A program made the position numbers and the translations under genes. From NCBI GenBank assembly GCA_036263495.1, contig DATAGU010000095.1, forward strand, positions 1,223 through 65,222: a DNA stretch of 64,000 nucleotides, given 5' to 3'. This DNA comes from Polyangia bacterium. GTDB taxonomy: Bacteria; Myxococcota_A; Polyangia; Palsa-1104; SHYY01. This document shows positions 32,110 through 43,306 of the stretch, piece by piece. The notes beneath the pieces were generated by a model, which saw nothing but the letters and a program-made list of their open reading frames with translations, ran no database searches and was not told the DNA's origin. Positions within the stretch are counted from its first letter, which is position 1, and each line of letters starts with the position of its first letter.

Positions 32110-32328
32110 TCAGGGGCCGTCTCCGGCCGGCCGCAGCACGGCCACGGTCGCCCCCCAGCCGCCCATCGATTCGTCTGCCGGACGAAAGGACACCACCTGC
32201 GGGTGACGGGCGAGGGCGCCTTGCACGATGTTGCGGAGCGTCCCCGTGCCCTTGCCGTGGATGATGCGCACCTCGAGGATGCCGCGCGCCCGGCATTCGT
32301 CGAGGTAGTCGGCGACGAGCGACTTCAC
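32110..32328 (-). CDS. Smr (MutS2-related nuclease) domain ORF; the frame is open upstream to the TGA at 32443-32445 and has no in-frame ATG/GTG/TTG
   Basis: The sequence LDLHTFAPREVKSLVADYLDECRARGILEVRIIHGKGTGTLRNIVQGALARHPQVVSFRPADESMGGWGATVAVL fits the Smr consensus (DLHG...IIHGKGTG...GGxGAT). The listed GTG start at 32328 would remove the conserved LDLH block. The true start is therefore unresolved. Confidence 0.5.
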   Translation of the reverse strand: MKSLVADYLDECRARGILEVRIIHGKGTGTLRNIVQGALARHPQVVSFRPADESMGGWGATVAVLRPAGDGP

Positions 32329-32442
32329 CTCGCGCGGCGCGAAGGTGTGCAGGTCGAGGATGCCGTCGATGGGCAGCTCCGTCGCCTCGGCCGCGACGTC
32401 ATCCTCGTCCTCGTCGTCGTCTTCGGGGTCCAGGGCCCTCGC

Positions 32443-34254
<1,812 letters not shown>

Positions 34255-34561
34255 CGCTCTCCCTGAAGTATCCCCTGCGGCCCCGGGACGCCATCTCCAA
34301 GGAGGGGCCGCTATGTCGTTTGCTTTGAACAAATTGGGCGTGGTCAGGCCATTTCAAGTGCACGCCGATGGATAGCCGCTCCCCGCCGTGACTTCCGGCC
34401 GATCCGCTCAGGGGAAAGCGGCCACCTCAACTGGGGAGGGAAACGTCCTCTGCAGCGAGAGATCGCGTCTGCTGGGCCCGGAGATGGGCGTCCTCTCGGG
34501 CCGGCACGCATTTCGCTACGAAGGGCGAGCGAGGGCTGCAATACGGCCACGAGGAGGATGC

Positions 34562-34822
34562 ATGGAACCCAAGCCACCCAGCGCTCCCAAAAGCACGGGG
34601 AAGACCAACGGCAACGGCAACGGCAGTCGGGCCGAGGCCTCGATGCATGGCGCGCACGCTGCCGAAGCGCAGGAGTTCGTCAACGAGGGGCTCGAGCGGA
34701 TGCGCGCATCGACCGAGGAGATGGGCGAGCGCGTCATGACATTCATCCGCGAGCGGCCGATGACCTCGGTCCTCATTGCGCTGGCCGCCGGCGTCATGGT
34801 CGGCCGTCTGCTGCGCGCGTGA
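34562..34822 (+). CDS. DUF883/ElaB-YqjD-like small membrane-anchored stress protein
   Basis: The C-terminal TM helix (PMTSVLIALAAGVMVGRLLRA) follows a helical domain. A GAGGAGG SD lies 4 nt upstream of ATG 34562. Confidence 0.55.
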   Translation: MEPKPPSAPKSTGKTNGNGNGSRAEASMHGAHAAEAQEFVNEGLERMRASTEEMGERVMTFIRERPMTSVLIALAAGVMVGRLLRA

Positions 34823-34908
34823 GGTCGGGCGCGGCATCGAGGGCGCCTCGGCACGAGAAACGCAACGGTTATTGAGCGGGGATCTGAAACACAAAAGGAG
34901 AGGGATTC

Positions 34909-35184
34909 ATGGCCATCACCAAGGATGACATTCTCGAGGCGCTGGGGCTGGAGACCGATTCCAACGATAACTGGATTGCTCCTGCGCTGATCGGTTTCGG
35001 CGTGGGCGCGCTCCTCGGCGGGACCATGGCGCTCATGTTCGCGCCCAAGAGCGGCCCGGAGCTGCGTGAGGATCTGATGGAGCGCGGCCGGACGATGGTG
35101 GAGAAGGGCCGCGAGCGCGTGCAGCGCCTGAGTGAGAACGTGAACGTGGGCACCAACAAGCCCGAAGATCGCGTGATCACCTAG
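34909..35184 (+). CDS. YtxH-like small stress protein
   Basis: The segment LIGFGVGALLGGTMALMFAPKSGPELREDL is a YtxH-like signature. An AAAGGAGAGGG SD is present. Confidence 0.6.
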   Translation: MAITKDDILEALGLETDSNDNWIAPALIGFGVGALLGGTMALMFAPKSGPELREDLMERGRTMVEKGRERVQRLSENVNVGTNKPEDRVIT

Positions 35185-35227
35185 TCGCCCGGGATTCTCT
35201 GACCCGAACCAGGGCACCGAGCGGGCT

Positions 35228-35821
35228 TCAGCCCGCTCGGCGCCCTGCTGTTTTGCGGCCTGGCCGCAGGGCGGCGTGGCGCTTCACGCGCTGCGGCCGC
35301 ACGGGGAGGGTCTCACCGAGTCCTCCATCGGGGGCCACAGCGGCCTCGTCGAACTCGCCGGCTTCGAGCTCGGCGACCAGGGCGAGCTCGACCCTGGCCT
35401 GGGCCTTCTTCTCGGCCGCGAGGGCGGCGCGGAATTGCGCTTCGGCCTGGCCGAGCTGGGCCTTCTCCGCGGCCACGTCTTCATGGCCGGCAAGACGCGC
35501 GAGTTTTGAGCGCAGGCGCGGCGCCAGGTCGAGCGGCGCCGTCCCTGTGGCGACCGGGGTGAAGGCCTCGGGCGACGAGGGACGCTCCGCGGTGAGCGCC
35601 ACGTGGGTGGGATCTACGCGGGTCAGGAGCCCATCGACGCCCCGGAGGACGTTCTCGAGCTGGAGGCCGGTGGCCTCGACCACCGCGGATGCGGCGATCC
35701 ACGCGTCGTTGGCGACCTTGACCGCTCGGGTGCACGCCTCCAGACGGCTGCCCTTCGCCGTGCGGGGGCTGGCGGTCCGACCGTGGCCGGGCGTGCTGGG
35801 GGTCCTACGAAGACGACGCAT
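35228..35821 (-). CDS. Hypothetical coiled-coil protein (possibly phasin-like)
   Basis: A strong AGGAGG SD lies 6 nt upstream of the ATG, and GC3 is high. A helical Ala/Glu/Lys-rich region is present. The family assignment is tentative. Confidence 0.5.
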   Translation of the reverse strand: MRRLRRTPSTPGHGRTASPRTAKGSRLEACTRAVKVANDAWIAASAVVEATGLQLENVLRGVDGLLTRVDPTHVALTAERPSSPEAFTPVATGTAPLDLAPRLRSKLARLAGHEDVAAEKAQLGQAEAQFRAALAAEKKAQARVELALVAELEAGEFDEAAVAPDGGLGETLPVRPQRVKRHAALRPGRKTAGRRAG

Positions 35822-35977
35822 GGCAAGGCCTCCTAGAGCTACCGGTGTAATTTATTAGGGGTACGGTAGGAGGCCGAGCAGGGTTTCGGAAAAAATAACC
35901 ATGCGTGTGAAAAAAGGCGGGAGGCCGGCAGGGAGAGCCTGAGAGGGGTCTAGGGAGGGGGGATCAGCGGGGGAGCA

Positions 35978-36715
35978 TCAGAAGCGGGCTTGCAGGAAGG
36001 CGTTCTGAAGCGCCCGGGCATCGCGCTCGAACTCGGCGAACACGCCGCGCGCCTCGTCGCCGATCGGCACCTCCACCGGCTCCTGCGCGATGGCGTCGAG
36101 GATCTCCTGCGCCGCCAGCGGGGTCGGCATCTTGGCGGTGGGGAGGTCCTTGGTCATGTCGGTGTCGAGCGTGGCGGGGCACACCGTGACCACGCGCACG
36201 CCGCGTCCCTGCAGCTCGCCGCGCAGGCCGTGCCCGAGCGACAGGAGCGCCGCCTTGAGGGCGGAGTAGGTGCCGATCATCGGCATGTTCACCTTGCCGA
36301 GGGCCGAGGCCACGTTGACGATGAGCCCGTCGCCGTGCTCGGCCATGGCCGGCGCGAGCGCCCGCACCATGCGCAGGATGCCGAGGTAGTTGACCTGCAC
36401 CTCTTCCTCGATGGCCGCGAAGTTCGCCCCGAGCACCCCGCCGAAGGTCGCCATGCCCGCGTTGTTGATGAGGATGTCCGCCCGGCCGAGCCGGGCCACG
36501 TCGTCGACCTCGGCCTGCACGCGCACGTCGAGCCGCACCGGCACGAGCCGCGCCCCGAGCTCGCCCGCCTCGGTCTGCAAGGAGGCGAGCGAGGACACGT
36601 CGCGCGCCCCGGCCACTACCTCGCGCGCCCCGGCGCGCAGACACGCCAGGGCCAGGGCCCGCCCGAGCCCGCGGTTGCTGCCGGTGATCACCACCCTCTT
36701 GTCTCGAATGTCCAT
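35978..36715 (-). CDS. Short-chain dehydrogenase/reductase (SDR)
   Basis: Motifs TGSNRGLGRALA, NNAG and YSALK are present. The start is trimmed to ATG 36715 (MDIRDKRVV). Confidence 0.8.
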   Translation of the reverse strand: MDIRDKRVVITGSNRGLGRALALACLRAGAREVVAGARDVSSLASLQTEAGELGARLVPVRLDVRVQAEVDDVARLGRADILINNAGMATFGGVLGANFAAIEEEVQVNYLGILRMVRALAPAMAEHGDGLIVNVASALGKVNMPMIGTYSALKAALLSLGHGLRGELQGRGVRVVTVCPATLDTDMTKDLPTAKMPTPLAAQEILDAIAQEPVEVPIGDEARGVFAEFERDARALQNAFLQARF

Positions 36716-36755
36716 GCGATGTCGCTCCGTGTTGGTGTCGAGCCAGGTTCCTGGT

Positions 36756-38234
36756 TCATCGAGGCCGGGCGAGGTGCGCCACGGCGTCGGCCGGACGCGC
36801 ACCCAGCCGGCGTCCGAGCCCATAGAGTACAAGACCCACGGCGCTCCAGGCGATGGCCAGCTCCACGCTGGTGAGCGATTGCTTGAGGCAGCGCTCGAGG
36901 AACGTCGTGCGCCCGAGCACCGCCACGTCGCCCGTCACCTGCACCACGATGAGCACGCCGAGCGCCGCCACCGACACCCCGGTCACCCCGAGGTGCACGG
37001 CGCGCGACGGGCGCAGCCGCATGCTCTGGTGAAGCGCCGGGTTGAGCCACGGCAGCAGCAAGAACGCCACGCTGTGGAAGAAGTAGAGGAGCACGAGCGC
37101 GAACACCGCGATGTTGAGCGCCAGCGACAGCTGCCCGCTCAGCAACATGCCCACCGAGATGACCAGCGTGGCCGTGAGACCGAGGATGGGCGTGCCCGTG
37201 CGCGGCGACACCACGCCCATCCACTTGGGCACGAGCCCGTCCTCGGCCAGCATGAGCCCGAGGCGCGAGGGCACGAGGAACGTGGCGTTGAGCGAGGTCA
37301 GCACCGCCATCACCGCCCCGAGCGTCACCAGCGCCGCCGCCCCGGCCGGCAGGTACACCGACGCCACCTCCGCCATCGGCGCCGCGCTCGCCCGCAGGCG
37401 CTCCCCCGGCAGCACCCCGAACGACACCAGCGACATGAGGAGGTACACGAGCGTCGTCGCCCCGAGCCCGCGCAGGAAGATGCGCGGCAGCCGCCGGGTC
37501 GAATCCATCACCTCGCCGGCGCTGTGGATCATCGCCTCGAACCCGGCGAACTGGAAGAACAGGAACGGCAGGGCCTCGAAGAAGCCGTGCGCCCCGCGGT
37601 TGAAGAAGGGCACGTAGTTGCCCATCCGGATCGCGAACAGCCCCGGCACCACCAGCACCACCAGCGACACCCCCAGCACCGCGCACATGGTCACCTGGAT
37701 GCGGCCGAACCAGCGCACCCCGAGCACGTGGATGGCGTAGAAGGCGACGAGGGACCCGAGCGCGATCGGCATGCGATAGCGCTCGAGCGCGTCCTTGGCC
37801 ACGTCCCCGCTGCCCGACAGCACCCGCAGGAGCTCCACCAGATAGTCCGCCCCCACGCGCGCCAGGAATGCCAGCGCCCCGAGGTACGAGATCATCTTGA
37901 GCCAGGCGCCCACGAACGCGAGGCGCCGCCCGCCGAGCGTGGCCGACAGGTGCGTGTATTCGCCCCCGGGCAGCTCGCCGAGCGGCGACGACACGTAGGC
38001 CGCATAGGGCAGCATGGTCGCCAGCACCACCAGGGCCAGCACCACCTCGCCGAGGATCACGCTCGGCCCGGTGCGCGCCCAGGCGTCGTTCGTCACCCGG
38101 AAGATGCCCGCGCCCACCAGGATGCCGATGAGGCCCGCGTAGGACTCGATCGTGCCGAGGTCGCGCCGCAGTCGCGCCGTCAGACCGCCGCCCCCACCGC
38201 CGGTGCTCATCGCCGGCCCCCTGTTCTCCGTCAT
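36756..38234 (-). CDS. APC-family amino-acid/polyamine permease
   Basis: About 12 TM helices are present, with a typical APC N-terminus (ESYAGLIGILVGAGIF). Confidence 0.75.
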   Translation of the reverse strand: MTENRGPAMSTGGGGGGLTARLRRDLGTIESYAGLIGILVGAGIFRVTNDAWARTGPSVILGEVVLALVVLATMLPYAAYVSSPLGELPGGEYTHLSATLGGRRLAFVGAWLKMISYLGALAFLARVGADYLVELLRVLSGSGDVAKDALERYRMPIALGSLVAFYAIHVLGVRWFGRIQVTMCAVLGVSLVVLVVPGLFAIRMGNYVPFFNRGAHGFFEALPFLFFQFAGFEAMIHSAGEVMDSTRRLPRIFLRGLGATTLVYLLMSLVSFGVLPGERLRASAAPMAEVASVYLPAGAAALVTLGAVMAVLTSLNATFLVPSRLGLMLAEDGLVPKWMGVVSPRTGTPILGLTATLVISVGMLLSGQLSLALNIAVFALVLLYFFHSVAFLLLPWLNPALHQSMRLRPSRAVHLGVTGVSVAALGVLIVVQVTGDVAVLGRTTFLERCLKQSLTSVELAIAWSAVGLVLYGLGRRLGARPADAVAHLARPR

Positions 38235-38294
38235 GAGGGCGCCATCTTACTGGATCCCCCGCCGGGCAGGGGCCTTCATGTCATGGTCATGGGA

Positions 38295-39611
38295 TCAGCC
38301 GGCGGGGACGCCGGAGGGAGCGGCGGGAGGCGCCGCGTGCGTGGCCAGCTGCGCCTGCCGCCGGCCGAGGAGGAGCGAGACCACCGCCCACAAGATGCAC
38401 AGCGGCAGCGTCACGAGCGTGAGCACGGACATGCCCCCGGCGGCGAGCAGGTTGTAGACGGCGGCGGCCAGCGCGTCGCCCCCGCGATAGACGAACGTGT
38501 CGATGAAGCTCTTGGCCTGGTACTTGTCCTCGCGCGCGAGCACGGTGAAGAGCACCTCGCGCGCCGGCCGCGTCACGCCGTAGTCCATGCCCCGGCGCAG
38601 CACCTGGAACGCGAGCAGGAGCCCGAGCCCGGGGACCACCGCGAGCCCGACGAAGCCCAGCAGCGTGATCACCGGCAAGGCGACGAGCGTCGGCCCCACG
38701 CCCAGGCGCTCGAGCAGCCGCCCGGTGATCAGCACCTGACACAGCATCGTGACCACGTTCACGTAGAAGTCGATGCGCGCGAACATCCCCGTGCGCGCCG
38801 CGTCGCCCTTGAGCGACGCCACCAGGCGCGCCTGCTCGAAGTAGAGGAACGTCGAGGTGAGCGTGTAGAGGAGCATGAACAGGCAGATGCCGAGGAGGTA
38901 CGGCGAGCCGAGCACGCGGGTCACACCGTCGAGGACGTTCTTGCCCGTGCCGCCCTGCGCCCCCTTCGTCGCCGGGGTGCCCGGCGCCACCGCGTCCACG
39001 CGGAACAGGCGCACCAGGCGGGAGATGCACACCACCGCCACCTCGAGCAGCGCCGCCGAGAGGAGGAGCAGGTGCACCGGCCCGAGCCGCGACAGGTGCT
39101 CGGTGGCCGCCGCGCCCGCCATCGCGCCGAGGGTGCCGCCGAGCCCGATGAAGCCGAACAGGCGCTTCCCCTGCTCCTGGCGGAAGAGGTCGGCCATGAA
39201 GCCCCAGAAGACGCTCACCACGAACAGGTTGAAGACGCTCGTCCAGACGAAGAACACGCGCGCCAAGAACGGGTCCTTGCCGAGCTCGAACCCGCGCATG
39301 AGCGCATAGAAGATGAGGATGTGGGCGGCGAAGAAGTGATAGACCCAGGGCACGAACCGCCGCCGGGGAAAGCGCGACACCAGCCACGACAGGAGCGGGT
39401 TGAGCGCCAGCGTGCCGGCGAGCGTGCCGAGGAAGAGATACGGCAGGTTCTTCACCCCGCCGGCCACGCCCACGGTCTCGCGCAGGGGGCGCAGCACGTA
39501 GTAGCTCGCGAGCAGGCAGAAGTAGTAGGCGCCGCCCCACAGGAGGGCGGCGTACTCTTCGTCCTTCACACGGATGAAGCTCCGGAGGCGCGCGCGCAGC
39601 GAGGCGGCCAC
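38295..39611 (-). CDS. TLC/Npt-like (ATP:ADP translocase-related) MFS-type transporter
   Basis: The N-terminus (YAALLWGGAYYFCLLASYYVLRPLRETVGV) resembles the FxYxxLRxxKDT start of the TLC family. The protein is polytopic. Confidence 0.55.
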   Translation of the reverse strand: MAASLRARLRSFIRVKDEEYAALLWGGAYYFCLLASYYVLRPLRETVGVAGGVKNLPYLFLGTLAGTLALNPLLSWLVSRFPRRRFVPWVYHFFAAHILIFYALMRGFELGKDPFLARVFFVWTSVFNLFVVSVFWGFMADLFRQEQGKRLFGFIGLGGTLGAMAGAAATEHLSRLGPVHLLLLSAALLEVAVVCISRLVRLFRVDAVAPGTPATKGAQGGTGKNVLDGVTRVLGSPYLLGICLFMLLYTLTSTFLYFEQARLVASLKGDAARTGMFARIDFYVNVVTMLCQVLITGRLLERLGVGPTLVALPVITLLGFVGLAVVPGLGLLLAFQVLRRGMDYGVTRPAREVLFTVLAREDKYQAKSFIDTFVYRGGDALAAAVYNLLAAGGMSVLTLVTLPLCILWAVVSLLLGRRQAQLATHAAPPAAPSGVPAG

Positions 39612-39617
39612 GAGCGG

Positions 39618-40850
39618 CTACTTGCCGCCCTTGCGGCCGGCCTTGGGCTTCGACGGGGCGGGCGGCGTGGCCACCGTGCTCGGCGCCACCGGCGCCGGCC
39701 CCGGGTGCTCCTTGTGCCAGGCGGCGAGCACCTCGGCCTCGCGCTCGGGCTTGAGACCGGCGCGCGGCTTGGCCTGCCGCTCGGGCGGCAGCGTCTTCCA
39801 CCAGGTGAGCGTGTCACGCGCCGTGTCCACCACCGGGCGGAAGGTCAGCCCCGCGGCCACGGCGCGCTGGTTCGAGGTCTGCGCCAGCCCCGCGGCCGAG
39901 GACGACGCCGAGAGCCAGATCGGCAGCTCGCCCTCGTCCACCTTCTGTTTCTCGAGGAAGTCGGCCGGGACCCAGGTGAGCCGCACGTCGCTCCCCGCCG
40001 CGGCCTTGCAGGACTCGAGCATCTCGCCCATGCCGAGCTTGTCCTTGGGCCCGGCGGCGTTGTAGATGCCGGTCTGGCCCTTGTCGAGCATCTGGATCGT
40101 CCACTCGGCGAGGTCGCGCACGTCGATGATCTGCACCGGGTCGTCGGCCGCGCCGGGCGCCAACATCTCGCCCCCGCGCGCCACCCGCAGCGGCCAGTAG
40201 GTGAAACGATCGGTCGGGTCGCCTGGGCCGACGATGTAGCCGGGACGGATGATGAGCGTCCGCTTGGGGAACGCCTTCTCCGCCTCCTGCTCGCACAGCA
40301 CCTTGAGCGCCCCGTAGGACTCGCCGGTGATCTTCTCCGGGATCGGCCCCTTGAGCTCGGCCAGCGGGCTCGACTCGTCGATCGGCGTGCGCGATTCCTT
40401 GTAGGTGGAGATGGTCGAGATGAAGACGTACTGCTTGACGTTGTCCTTGAGGAGACCGGCCGCGGCGCTCACGTCCTTCGGGAAGTAGCCCGAGGTGTCG
40501 ATGACCGCGTCCCACTTGCGGCCCTTGAGCGCCGCCAGGCCCGCCTCGGTCTTGCGGTCGCCGTGCAGCTGCTCGATGTCGGTGAACAGCCCCGGGTTGG
40601 TCTTGCCGCGGTTGAACAGCGTGAGGACATAGCCGCGCTTCTTGGCGGCCTCGACCAGGGCCGGGCCGACGAAGCTCGTGCCGCCGAGGATGAGGAGCTT
40701 CTTGCCGCCGCCCGTCACCTTGGCCGGGCCGCCCGCGGCGCCCGGAGGGGAACCGGCCCACCCCGGACGGCCGAGCAGCATCCAGCCGCCCGCGACCAGG
40801 GACACCTTGAGGAAATCTCTTCGGGTTCGCTTGCCAGTCAGTGGGTTCAT
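39618..40850 (-). CDS. Tat-exported NAD-dependent epimerase/dehydratase-family protein
   Basis: A twin-arginine signal is present (RRDFLKVSLVAGGWMLLGRPGWA). The Rossmann motif is LLILGGTSFVGPALVE. The start is trimmed to ATG 40850 (MNPLTGK). Confidence 0.7.
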   Translation of the reverse strand: MNPLTGKRTRRDFLKVSLVAGGWMLLGRPGWAGSPPGAAGGPAKVTGGGKKLLILGGTSFVGPALVEAAKKRGYVLTLFNRGKTNPGLFTDIEQLHGDRKTEAGLAALKGRKWDAVIDTSGYFPKDVSAAAGLLKDNVKQYVFISTISTYKESRTPIDESSPLAELKGPIPEKITGESYGALKVLCEQEAEKAFPKRTLIIRPGYIVGPGDPTDRFTYWPLRVARGGEMLAPGAADDPVQIIDVRDLAEWTIQMLDKGQTGIYNAAGPKDKLGMGEMLESCKAAAGSDVRLTWVPADFLEKQKVDEGELPIWLSASSSAAGLAQTSNQRAVAAGLTFRPVVDTARDTLTWWKTLPPERQAKPRAGLKPEREAEVLAAWHKEHPGPAPVAPSTVATPPAPSKPKAGRKGGK

Positions 40851-40932
40851 GGGGTCTCCCGATGGTCCTAGCACTACCGCGGTAGTTCTGTCTTTTATTC
40901 CCCGGCCGAGCGAATTCTATGTGCGCCCAGGT

Positions 40933-43206
40933 TCAGCGGCCCGGCAGACGCACGAGCGTCGCGCCCTCGCCCGCGCCCCACACGTTCCCGGGGCCGCCGA
41001 CCCACAGCGCCGTGAGGAACCGCGGCAGCGGCACGTTCGACCAGGCCTTGCCATCGAAGTGAAAGGCGAACGGCTGGACCGGGGAGTAGCTCGAGCCCGA
41101 CGCCATCACCCACACGTCGCGCGGCCCGCTGCCCGCCACCGCGCCGAGGTGCTGCGCGGGCTTCATCTTGAGGTCCACGCGCTTCCACGCCTGGCCATCG
41201 AAGTGGAGGAGCAAGGCGTCGTTCCCCGCCACCCAGACGTCCCCCGGCCCCGTGCCCCACACGCCGCACAGCGGCCAGGTGCGACCCGCTCCCAGCTCGG
41301 TCACCTCGGCGATGGTCACCGGCGTCCAGTCCTTGCCGTCGCCGTGGAGGAGCGTGGCGTCGCCCGCCACCCACAGATCCTTCGGCCCGCTCCCCCACAC
41401 CGCGAGCAGCCTGCGCTCATTGCCGCTCTTCATCGCCGCCCAGCGCACCCCGTCGAAGTGGAGGATCGTGCCCCACTCCCCGACCGCATAGACATCGTCC
41501 GGCCCGCTCGCCCAGACCGCGTGGAGGTCGCGCTGCGTCCCGCTCTCCGTGCGCATCCAGCTCGCGCCGTCGTAGCGCAGGATGCTCCCCCCCGCGCCCA
41601 CCGCCCACACGTCACGCGGCCCCACCCGGTAGAGCCCGGCCAGGTCGTCGCTCGGGCGGCTGTCGCTGCTCGACCAGCGACGGCCGTCGAAGCGCAGGAT
41701 GCTGCCGTACTCGCCCACGGCCCACACGTCGCTCGGCGAGCGCCCCCCCACGTGCCACCACGTCTTGTTCGTGCGCCGCGGCACCTCCGACCACGTCTGC
41801 CCGTCGTAGCGCAGCACCGCGCCGTCGGTCCCGGCCGCATAGACGTCCTTGGCCCCGCTCCCCCACACACTCACCAGGGCCGCCTTGGCCGCGGGGACCT
41901 CGACCGTCCAGGCGCGGCCGTTCCAGTGCAGGACCGTGCCGTTACGGCCCTCCAGGTTCTCCGCCGAGTTCCGGAACTCGAGCGCCCCGCCCACCGCCCA
42001 CACGTCGTCGGGCGCGCGCCCCCACACCCCGAACAGCACCCGGTCGGACGCGCCGCTCGGCGTCTCGGTCCAGCGCCGGCCGTCGAAGTGAATGATGCGC
42101 CCCTCATCGCCCACGGCCCACACGTCCTCGGCCCGGCTGCCCCACACCCCGTGCAGATCCCCGGTCACGCCCGTCACCAGCTCGGTCACCGTCTTGCCGT
42201 CCCAGCGCAGCGCCTTCCCGCCCGCGCCCACGGCGTACACCAGATCCGGCCGCACCGCGTAGCACCCTTCTATGTCCAGCCCCTCCGAGCGCTCCGTCGG
42301 CACCTCCAGCCAGTCGGTGCCCTCGAGGTGATAGATCGCGCCCGTGGCGTCCATGATCCACACCTCGGTCGCGCTCGTGCCCCACACCCCGATGAGGTGC
42401 TGCGCGACGCCGCTCTCCACCTCGAACCAGCGCTTGCCGTCGAAGTGGAGGAGCATGCCGCGCTTGCCCACCGCCCACAGCTTCCCGTCGGGCGCGCCCC
42501 ACACCTGCCGCAGGGTGCGGTCCCACGGCCGGTAGGACAGGCTCCATTGCCCGCCGGCGAGGTGATAGATGTTGCTCCGCTCCACCATCCACAGATCGTC
42601 CGCGCCCGCGCCTGCCAGCGCCTGGATGTCGCCGCGCGCGGGGTGGTTCACCGCCACGAAGGGCGACGCCGGGCCGCCCTTGCCCGCGCCGGTGCCGGTC
42701 GAGGCCCCCGCGGCCGAATGTCCCCGCGCCGCAGCAGCGCCTCGCTCCCCTGCCGCCCCGTGCTGTCGCCGCCCTGCCCCGGTGGCCGACGCGGGTTGCC
42801 CGGTGGCGCCGCTCGCGGTCGGCGACGCCTCCGACGCGCGCTGCGTGTCGAGGAGGGCGCGCGCCTGCTCGAGGCATTGCTTGAGCTTGGCCTGCACCTC
42901 GGGCTCGGGGTGGGGCTCGATGCGCAGGTACGACTGATAGGCCTCGATGGCCTCGCGCGCGCGGCCGAGCTTGCGCTGCGTGGTGCCGATGTTGATGAGC
43001 AGCCGCGGCAGCTGGCGCACCTCGTAGGCGGCCTGGAACTCCTTGAGCGCGTCGGTGTAGCGCTCGCTCAGGAACAGGTCGATCGCGGCGCGGTAGTGCT
43101 TCTGGAAGTCCTCGTCGGTCGGGGCGGCGTGGGCGTGCAGGGCGAGGAGGAGCACGAGCGGTGCCCCCAGCCAGAACACCCAACCTCGAGCGGGGCGTCG
43201 CTTCAT
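40933..43206 (-). CDS. Secreted protein: N-terminal TPR-like helical region + ~15 tandem ~45-aa propeller-type repeats (VWGSGxxDVWAVGxxGxILHFDGxxW)
   Basis: The start is trimmed to ATG 43206 (MKRRPARGWVFWLGAPLVLLLALHAHA), which has an AAGGAGAG SD, and a signal peptide is present. The repeats are read directly from the translation. Confidence 0.7.
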   Translation of the reverse strand: MKRRPARGWVFWLGAPLVLLLALHAHAAPTDEDFQKHYRAAIDLFLSERYTDALKEFQAAYEVRQLPRLLINIGTTQRKLGRAREAIEAYQSYLRIEPHPEPEVQAKLKQCLEQARALLDTQRASEASPTASGATGQPASATGAGRRQHGAAGERGAAAARGHSAAGASTGTGAGKGGPASPFVAVNHPARGDIQALAGAGADDLWMVERSNIYHLAGGQWSLSYRPWDRTLRQVWGAPDGKLWAVGKRGMLLHFDGKRWFEVESGVAQHLIGVWGTSATEVWIMDATGAIYHLEGTDWLEVPTERSEGLDIEGCYAVRPDLVYAVGAGGKALRWDGKTVTELVTGVTGDLHGVWGSRAEDVWAVGDEGRIIHFDGRRWTETPSGASDRVLFGVWGRAPDDVWAVGGALEFRNSAENLEGRNGTVLHWNGRAWTVEVPAAKAALVSVWGSGAKDVYAAGTDGAVLRYDGQTWSEVPRRTNKTWWHVGGRSPSDVWAVGEYGSILRFDGRRWSSSDSRPSDDLAGLYRVGPRDVWAVGAGGSILRYDGASWMRTESGTQRDLHAVWASGPDDVYAVGEWGTILHFDGVRWAAMKSGNERRLLAVWGSGPKDLWVAGDATLLHGDGKDWTPVTIAEVTELGAGRTWPLCGVWGTGPGDVWVAGNDALLLHFDGQAWKRVDLKMKPAQHLGAVAGSGPRDVWVMASGSSYSPVQPFAFHFDGKAWSNVPLPRFLTALWVGGPGNVWGAGEGATLVRLPGR

Positions 43207-43306
43207 GAGACTCTCCTTGGGTACGGGTCCTTGTGGACGATGGGACGAGCGTACGCAGAGATAGGGATGCGGCAGGGCCGCGACGTGAACCCGGACGCGG
43301 CCGGCA

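Noticed and set aside
36390-40871. 1493-aa plus-strand ORF
   Set aside because: It spans the antisense of three real genes (permease, TLC-like transporter, epimerase) and is Arg/His/Glu low-complexity.
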